64,000 nucleotides of DNA from assembly GCF_001194135.2 (NCBI RefSeq), contig NC_068983.1, forward strand, positions 121,149,925 through 121,213,924. Reading direction: 5' to 3'. Source of the DNA: Octopus bimaculoides. Taxonomy: Eukaryota. Of the stretch, positions 1 to 64,000 are shown one piece after another (position 1 is the first letter of the stretch; every line of letters starts with the position of its first letter). Below the pieces are notes generated by a model. That model made no database searches and had not been told where the DNA came from. It saw only the letters and a program-made list of their open reading frames with translations. Position numbers and translations under genes: made by a program.

Positions 1-327
1 GTGGCACATGAGATGCACCATTTTGAGCGTGGCCGTTGCCAGTACCGCCTGACTGGCTCCCGTAGGATTTTCGAGTGAGATCGTTGCCAGTGCCCCTGGA
101 CTGGCCTGTGCGGGTGGCACATAAAAGACACCATTTCGAGCGTGGCCGTTTTCGTGCGGGTGACACGTAAAAGCACCCACTACACTCTCTGAGTGGTTGG
201 CGTTAGGAAGGGCATCCAGCTGTAGAAACTCTGCCAAATTAGATTGGAGCCTGGTGTTGCCATCCGGTTTCACCAGTCCTCAGTCGAATCGTCCAACCCA
301 TGCTAGCATGGAAAGTGGACGTTAAAC

Positions 328-358
<31 letters not shown>
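1..358 (+). mobile_element. RTE-type LINE/SINE 3' UTR with (GAT)n tail
   Basis: gttaggaagggcatccagctgtagaaac...catgctagcatggaaagtggacgttaaacgat(gat)n; internal tandem subrepeats gccagtgcccctggactgg. Confidence 0.8.
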
Positions 359-1034
359 TATTTGAAATTTTATTCTAGACCCATTTGTTATGATCTAAAC
401 ACCATCCTAATAATGAAAAGTTATTTTACTAAAACTCTCTAAAATTAATTGAAAAAGTAGATAAGTGTATTACATTGGAAATATTGTTCTAAAAGGACCA
501 ACCCCATTCCATAGAAAATTGTTTATAAAATAGTAGAATTTCCCTTGAAAGAAAAATATCTTGGAAGTAATGAAATCCCGATATATGTATTTTAATTACT
601 GAAAATTACATGCACCAAGTGTTAAGTGTTAGATTTGTTACTCAGACTTTGTTGAAAGTCAGAGAATGTGAAAGAAAATGAAAATATGAAAGATTAAATA
701 TTGAATTCATTCCCAGAGATTATCTGGACAAATCTGTAATTATTTGATAATTATTGCTGGCATAAGTTGAACAAATTTCAGAGTAATCCAGAACAATCAA
801 CAGTGCAAGTATCTCTTTGAAAGATTTAATTTTCATGACATGCAATTGGATAATGTTTTAAACAGATATTTCATTTATGTCAGCTATAGAGATAAGATAT
901 ATCACCTCCAGTTAATGGGTCTCAAGTTCATACCTAACTGCTTACCTTTTCTTCTGCTTTTTCACAAAATAACTAATTTTACAATGAAAGAAGCAGCAAC
1001 ATTTTTGGGTAAACCAGGAAAATCTATCTATCTA

Positions 1035-1083
<49 letters not shown>

Positions 1084-1377
1084 GTGTGTATGTATGTACA
1101 TATTTACGTACATACTGGAGTTCTATGCAAGGGTAAAATTTATCTCTTAACACTTTTAGAGCATGAAGTGGCATGAGATTTGTTGGTTTGAGAAATGAAG
1201 AAATATTGTTACATAAAATAATTAGTGGCATTTCTTCTGAGTTCAGTTTCTGTTGAGGTCGATTTTGCCTTTCATCCTTTTGGGGTTGATGGAAATAAGT
1301 TCCAGTTGAGCACTGAGAATGATGTAATTGATTTGGAAATTGTAATGGTTTTAGTTACCTTGATTACAAGGTCAAGA

Positions 1378-1450
1378 GAGTGCATTATTATTATTATTAT
1401 TAGTAGTAGTAGTAGTAGTGGTAGTGGTGGTGGTGTTGGTGGTGGCGGTG

Positions 1451-1503
<53 letters not shown>
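1378..1503. repeat. Compound trinucleotide microsatellite (ATT)n(AGT)n(GGT)n(AGT)n
   Basis: Read directly; source of the poly-Ser/Gly and poly-Thr pseudo-ORFs. Confidence 0.95.
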
Positions 1504-1504
<1 letters not shown>

Positions 1505-2337
1505 AGGCAGTGAGCTGGCAAAATCGTTAGCACACCAAGCAAGATACTTCCCAGCATTTTGTCTGTCTTTACATTTTGAGGTTGGTTTTGCCTTTCATCC
1601 TTTCAGAGTCAATAAAATGAGCCTTGTGCCTATACTAGAAAAGATTATTATTATTAGTGACTGTTAGTGGTAGAAAAGATAGTGGTAAACTGTATGTCTT
1701 ATGTTATTGAAGATTATTATGTATGAATGGTGGTAATAATGAGGCCTATATATGTATACATGCTGGTAGCTTTAAAGGCTGTACAAATAATACTGGAGTC
1801 TAAAAGGAATAAAAATTACAGTCAGTGGTTTCCAAAAACTAATTATTTCTCTAATTAAATACTGGGGTAAATTTCCAGTTGTATTAGATGTAAAAGGATA
1901 TTTGCTGCAATGGAACCAGGTTATCAAATATTGGAAGTAAACATCTTATAACACTTGAGAGCATTACTTGACACAAATGCTTTGAGGAACAAGCATTACC
2001 AGACACACACACACACACACACGATATGATGTGACCATCAACAGATACATGATATGTGTGAAATTATCGTTACCAGACATCATTATTGCCACTTTTATAG
2101 GCAATGTGGGATCAGCATTATCACTATAAAATATGTGAGATTAGCATTATATATATATATATATATAAATTAAGATTGGAAAGGTCAGTTTATGGGATTA
2201 CTTTAGGTCTCCTATCCATATGAGGTCTCCTATCATCAGATCCAAAAACCTGTTAGCCCTAGACCTCTTAAAAATATTGGGCCAACAGGTTTTGGGATTT
2301 AACAATACACCATAGTGCTAAACCTTCTATAGACAGG

Positions 2338-2720
2338 TTGTTGGCACTCCATTGCTTACGACGTCGAGGGTTCCAGTTGATCCAATCAACGGAACAGCCT
2401 GCTCGTGAAATTAACGTGCAAGTGGCTGAGCACTCCACAGACACGTGTACCCTTAACGTAGTTCTCGGGAATATTCAGTGTGACACAGTGTGACAAGGCT
2501 GACCCTTTGAATTACAGGCACAACAGAAACAGGAAGTAAGAGTGAGAGAAAGTTGTGGTGAAAGAATACAGCAGGGTTCGCCACCATCCCCTGCTGGAGC
2601 CTCGTGGAGCTTTAGGTGTTTTCGCTCAATAAACACTCACAACGCCCAGTCTGGGAATCAAAACCGTGATCCTATGACCGCGAATCTGCTGCCCTAACCA
2701 CTGGGCCATTGCGCCTCCAC
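2338..2720 (-). mobile_element. tRNA-derived SINE, family A, full-length copy
   Basis: Reverse complement begins gtggaggcgcaatggcccagtggttagg (A box) and has a B-box-like segment and a (CAA)n tail; same family as 42409 and 60716. Confidence 0.9.
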
Positions 2721-3874
2721 TACAGGCTATATATATTGGACTATCTGTTCCATTGACAGATAGTCCAATATATATGTATATATGCTGTATGGCACCAGTG
2801 ATGATATGTTGTGAATTGGATTGGTCTTGGCATATTGCTGTTACTAATGAGAGATGAAAAAACAAACCAAGCATTATTTTATTTAATATCACAAATACAT
2901 ACAAGCATACATTATACTTTTTTCGTTCGTAATGCTTTTGTTTTTGTGCAAGTGTGTGTGTGTGTGTCACCGCCGCCTGACAATTGGTGTTGGTGTGTTT
3001 ATGTCCTCGTAATTTAGCAGTTCAGCAAAAGAAACCCATAGAGTAAGTACCTGGTTTTAAAAAAAAATAAGTACCAGGGTTGATTCATTTGACTAAAAAT
3101 TCTTCAAGGTGATGCCCCAGCATGGCCACAGTCTAATGACTGAAACAAGTAAAAGATAGAAGATTACATTCAATCTGCTATAAATAGAGCCAAATTTTCT
3201 TCGAAGGATGCCTACTGTCCGGAAAAAGGGAGAAGCCTATTGAATTATGTGAGGATGTGGTCCTAAATGTAGACTGCCCAACAGAAAGATAGGTGTTCAT
3301 ACCAGCAATGCCTTTATTTATGGTTCTAATCAGTTAATGCCAACATAAAACTAGACAACAACGACCTACTGTATTCAAATCTGAAAGTTTTAGTTAGTTA
3401 TTGATACATTCAACATTCATATAAATTCATTACTGTATTATTTTAGCCAATAATCAATAGATAATTGCTGACAGTTGTGTCAGTTTGATTGTGTTCCGCG
3501 GTTGGTGTTTGATCTGTTAACTTTATCGCAGTTCTCAATAAGAAGTCAATGTTTACAGTCTCTAGTTTCATGGTTAGACAAGTCTGTTTGGCAGCCTTTG
3601 TTTGTTTTTTTTTTGTTTTTAATATACATTTTATCTGTTATTTTCACAATTAGTTATCCTGGTTTATGTCCAACAGATATAAAACGAAACAGGAACTGAT
3701 TGATATAAGAATGCAAAGAAAGAAACAAAACAAAAGAAAAAAACTTACAGAAAAACACAAATACATATGCAGTTTTATAGATATATATATAAATATATGT
3801 GCTTACATTTATAAGTTTATCTATTATGTATGAATGTATGTGTATATGTGTTGTATGTTTGCATACATTTATTC

Positions 3875-3937
<63 letters not shown>

Positions 3938-4107
3938 GAAATTAAATAAATGACAGAGGAACAGGAAATTACATAATGAACTTCATTAGCTTACAGTTGT
4001 TTCTGCTATAGGATGTAGTGTGTTGCATCTTATAGCAGAAGCAGTTGTACTCAGCTAATACTATATTCTAAAGCATATGTTTATTGAATTCTAGCTTGCA
4101 CGTGACA

Positions 4108-4596
4108 TATCCCATAAGTTCTGTCCGAATTTTTAATAAAGAAAACAAGTGATCAAATGTTATATTTAATTGATATTTAATCATCAATGTACTTTCCCTG
4201 ATTATCTATGACTTCCTTCTATCTATTTACAAGCTTTTTAATCCCATTAATGTAAAACTCTTTTGGTTTCAAAGCAAAGAACTCTGAAATGTCAGTTTCA
4301 ACCTCCTCTTGGCTTCCGAAAGTTATGTCCCTCAAATGATTCTGTAAACTACGAAACAAATGGTAGTCTGAAGGAGCAAGGTTGGGAGAATAAGGTGGAT
4401 GTGGAATTTTTTCCCAACCAAGCTCTTCGATCTTCTGTGATGTGATCTTTGCAGTGTGGGGTCGCGCATTGTCCCGATGGAACATCACTCCTTTTTGATT
4501 CACTAAAGTGGGTCTTTTTTTCTTCAAAGCTTGGTTCAAATGCTCTAATTGCTGACAGTAGACTTGAGCATTGATTGTTGCATTAGGTGGTAACAA
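4108..4596 (-). mobile_element. 5'-truncated mariner (DD34D) transposon, 3' third and terminal repeat
   Basis: HRDNARPH...YSPNLAPSDY with exact D34D spacing; the terminal Trp codon is mutated to TAG (LVNR*KEVIDNQGKYIDD*); TIR-like end tatcccataagttctgtccg at 4108. Confidence 0.9.
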
Positions 4597-5293
4597 TTCA
4601 GCAATATCATATCTCCTCCACTATTTCAGTATTACGTGTCAAAAGTGAAACAATAACATCACTCTACTGTAATGTCAGATACTTNNNNNNNNNNNNNNNN
4701 NNNNNNNNNNNNNNNNNNNNNNNNNNNNNNNNNNNNNNNNNNNNNNNNNNNNNNNNNNNNNNNNNNNNNNNNNNNNNNNNNNNNNNNNNNNNNNNNNNNN
4801 NNNNNNNNNNNNNNNNNNNNNNNNNNNNNNNNNNNNNNNNNNNNNNNNNNNNNNNNNNNNNNNNNNNNNNNNNNNNNNNNNNNNNNNNNNNNNNNNNNNN
4901 NNNNNNNNNNNNNNNNNNNNNNNNNNNNNNNNNNNNNNNNNNNNNNNNNNNNNNNNNNNNNNNNNNNNNNNNNNNNNNNNNNNNNNNNNNNNNNNNNNNN
5001 NNNNNNNTTAGAGCTCCATGAGCTCCATTTTTCAGGAGCAAAATACTTTTTACAGGTTCCAGAAAACTGAAATTTTGGAATATGCGCATAAAGGTCAATA
5101 ATATGGGATACATGTCTCATGATTAGAATTTTTTAGGGTGTGTAAAGAGGGAAAGAACCCTCATGTGCAATTTTGATGAAATTCGAATCGTATGTATTCC
5201 AGTTCCTTACAGAAAATATAACCGAAAAGTCTCATTCTTCAATTGCATGTAACACGGGCAATGTGGGGTATCTCTGCTAGTATATATATATAA

Positions 5294-5345
<52 letters not shown>

Positions 5346-6890
5346 TCAGACTGATTCTGCCTGAAAATTATGTTAAGGGTATATGTGTTCATGGAATGCT
5401 CTGCAACTTCCACATGAATTCAACAACCACTTAATCTAGATTATCAAACAAATTTTTTTGATAAATTGTCCCTGGAATGGCTAGAACATAAAAAACTGCA
5501 TCCATAACATCTTGCATATTAGCAGATCATATAAAGAAAAAACTGAAAGATTTCTAAATATGAGAATAAATAGAGGAAGATGGAAAAGTTTTACTGAAAG
5601 GGGAAAGATTGAAGTGAAGGATGAATGAATTAATATGGTGTGAAAACAGAAATTACATATCACAGTGAAATGAGATTGCCCATGCATAGGAATAACTGTG
5701 TGGTTAAGAAGTTTACCTCCCAACCATATGGTCTGGAATTCAGTTCCACTGTATGGCGGCACTTTGGGAAAGTGTCTTCTATTATTACCCACAAGCAAAC
5801 CAAAGCTTTTTAAGACAGAAACTGAAACAAGCTCATTATATATNNNNNNNNNNATATAGGGAGAATTTACCAAAAAACAAAAGACAAAGACAAGCAGTGT
5901 AGAAAACAAACAGATGTATTAGTATAACACTCGGGAATTGAAAAAGTCTTTAACGTTTTGAGCCTACGCTCTTCCACAATACATTCTTCCTTCCACAAAT
6001 GGACCCCACTTAGAATTTTTTCTCCAAATAAGTTTCACCCCTCAACCATTGACCTTGAGAATTAGAAGCTGAACCATAACCTTAATCTACTTAAGCATAG
6101 TTTAGCAGGTGCCTAGTTTAGCAGGTGGGCTTAAAAAGAGTTACAGACACGGCCCTTCCTCCTTACATGAAATATAAAATCATAAGACATGAATCTAAAC
6201 ATGGTTCTACAGTAGATGGAGACTATGATGGACTACAAGGATCATCAGCTTTATGATACTGATATCAGATTCATATTGGATAAGTTGGAATATATTCACA
6301 AATGAATTGGGACTTTCACTGGATACAATGATCTTCAATACCAATAGGCTCTAACAAATAAATCACTTTCCACTATAGCAGCACTCTCAGATAAGGCAAG
6401 ATTCAAAATAAATTACAATTCTTTGAGATATAATTGAGAAGTGATCTGATTTATATTTTTGTTGGTCTAGATATCTGACACATTTCACTTTCGTGCTAAC
6501 TAAAATGAAAAATAAGCAATTTTATAATTGATTTTATCATATTAGGCCTAACTGAAGGGAAACTAATCACCTGAAGACATTATTGTAGATCTTAATCAAT
6601 CCTTCTTTCTGAGAAACATAGTCCATCCGGGCTTCTTTTTTCAGAAGATCTAACAGGAGAAAATTAAGTGATGGTGTTGCTTGGAATATTGCCTACATGA
6701 ATTAAAAGATTTAGTCTGAAGCAGTGAGAGTGTGGTAATAATAAGAATACAGTGATCTTCTTGAACAGATAAAACACTTTCCAAATATTTTATTTCTTGA
6801 CAAAATCGTCTAAATTAAGCTTGTACTTCAGTCTTCTTTTCTCTGTCATATAAACGTTATTAATATTGATTTCTTTTTCTTTTCTACCAG

Positions 6891-63178
<56,288 letters not shown>

Positions 63179-64000
63179 NNNNNNNNNNNNNNNNNNNNNN
63201 NNNNNNNNNNNNNNNNNNNNNNNNNNNNNNNNNNNNNNNNNNNNNNNNNNNNNNNNNNNNNNNNNNNNNNNNNNNNNNNNNNNNNNNNNNNNNNNNNNNN
63301 NNNNNNNNNNNNNNNNNNNNNNNNNNNNNNNNNNNNNNNNNNNNNNNNNNNNNNNNNNNNNNNNNNNNNNNNNNNNNNNNNNATCGGAGAATGTACGAAA
63401 AAACAATAGACGAGGACAGGTGGTGTAAATAACAAAAGGATGTACTATATATATGAATTAAATTCTTAAGAATTTTAATTTAGCTTTCAATTTTAGTATT
63501 CAGTATTACTGTTTTTTTATTTTATTTAATTTCTTTCTGTTTTTAGTCCAGATATTAATGTAATTTATTCATTCCATGAACCACCACCACTCTAAAACTT
63601 TTCTTTCCAATGTTACTATAAAAATACTAACTTTCAACTTTTCAAATTCTGTTTTATCGTCACCAATATTTCTGAAACATCCAAATATCCTTATCTGTGA
63701 GAGCTTCTCTTGGTTATAGACCATACTTTTTCTTTTAAAATGTGTCAACAGAAAAAGATTTTAGAAATACAAACTTCATTTTTGTGATTGCCATTTTATG
63801 ATTATAAGAAAAGCCATCGCTGCATACATGTGATTTTCTCAGCTTTGTAAGCTGCTTGAGACAAATTTGTTTAATACTATTTCAGTTCTGATCAAATCAA
63901 ACCTGTGATCGAAGATGGTCTAGCTGTAACCATCCTGTCTTTTTAGTTAGGCACTGTAACCAAGACTACATTATTTAATGTATTCTTTCATTTTAAAGAT

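Noticed and set aside
840-1557. ORF-track proteins with poly-IY, poly-S/G and poly-T (and similar ones throughout the window)
   Set aside because: They are translations of microsatellites or N runs, with no domain motifs or splice support.
1-6890. Search for upstream PKC exons (pseudosubstrate, C1A, first part of C1B)
   Set aside because: No such coding sequence was found; they must lie upstream of the window or in a gap.

Overview
AT-rich, microsatellite-dense animal genomic scaffold with many N gaps. The repeat families and gene resemble an octopus or other coleoid cephalopod (inference). The window holds the middle of one + strand gene, a conventional Ca2+/DAG-dependent protein kinase C (PRKCA/B/G-type, Aplysia Apl I-like). 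Nine GT-AG exons (6891-63124, 1193 coding nt, one continuous frame) run from the end of C1B through C2, the hinge and most of the kinase domain; the 5' and 3' exons lie outside the window. A 37.3-kb intron (7020-44287) and the other introns are filled with SINEs, RTE and CR1-like LINE pieces, mariner, hAT and piggyBac MITEs, a decayed Helitron helicase and Penelope-like element (PLE) relics. The most interesting unannotated layer is RNA structure. Two type I hammerhead ribozyme motifs with palindromic stem III lie sense to the PKC pre-mRNA (30981-31020 with a complete core, 46936-47020 with a damaged stem II base). An antisense hammerhead-like family carries U instead of the conserved A6 (22499-22535, with a decayed copy at 5947-5979). 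There is also a 25-bp hairpin whose non-Watson-Crick pairs are all G-U on the sense strand, a candidate 6-nt in-frame microexon, and an AG|GTAAG site 69 nt after the Gly-loop exon. None of these was tested computationally or experimentally.
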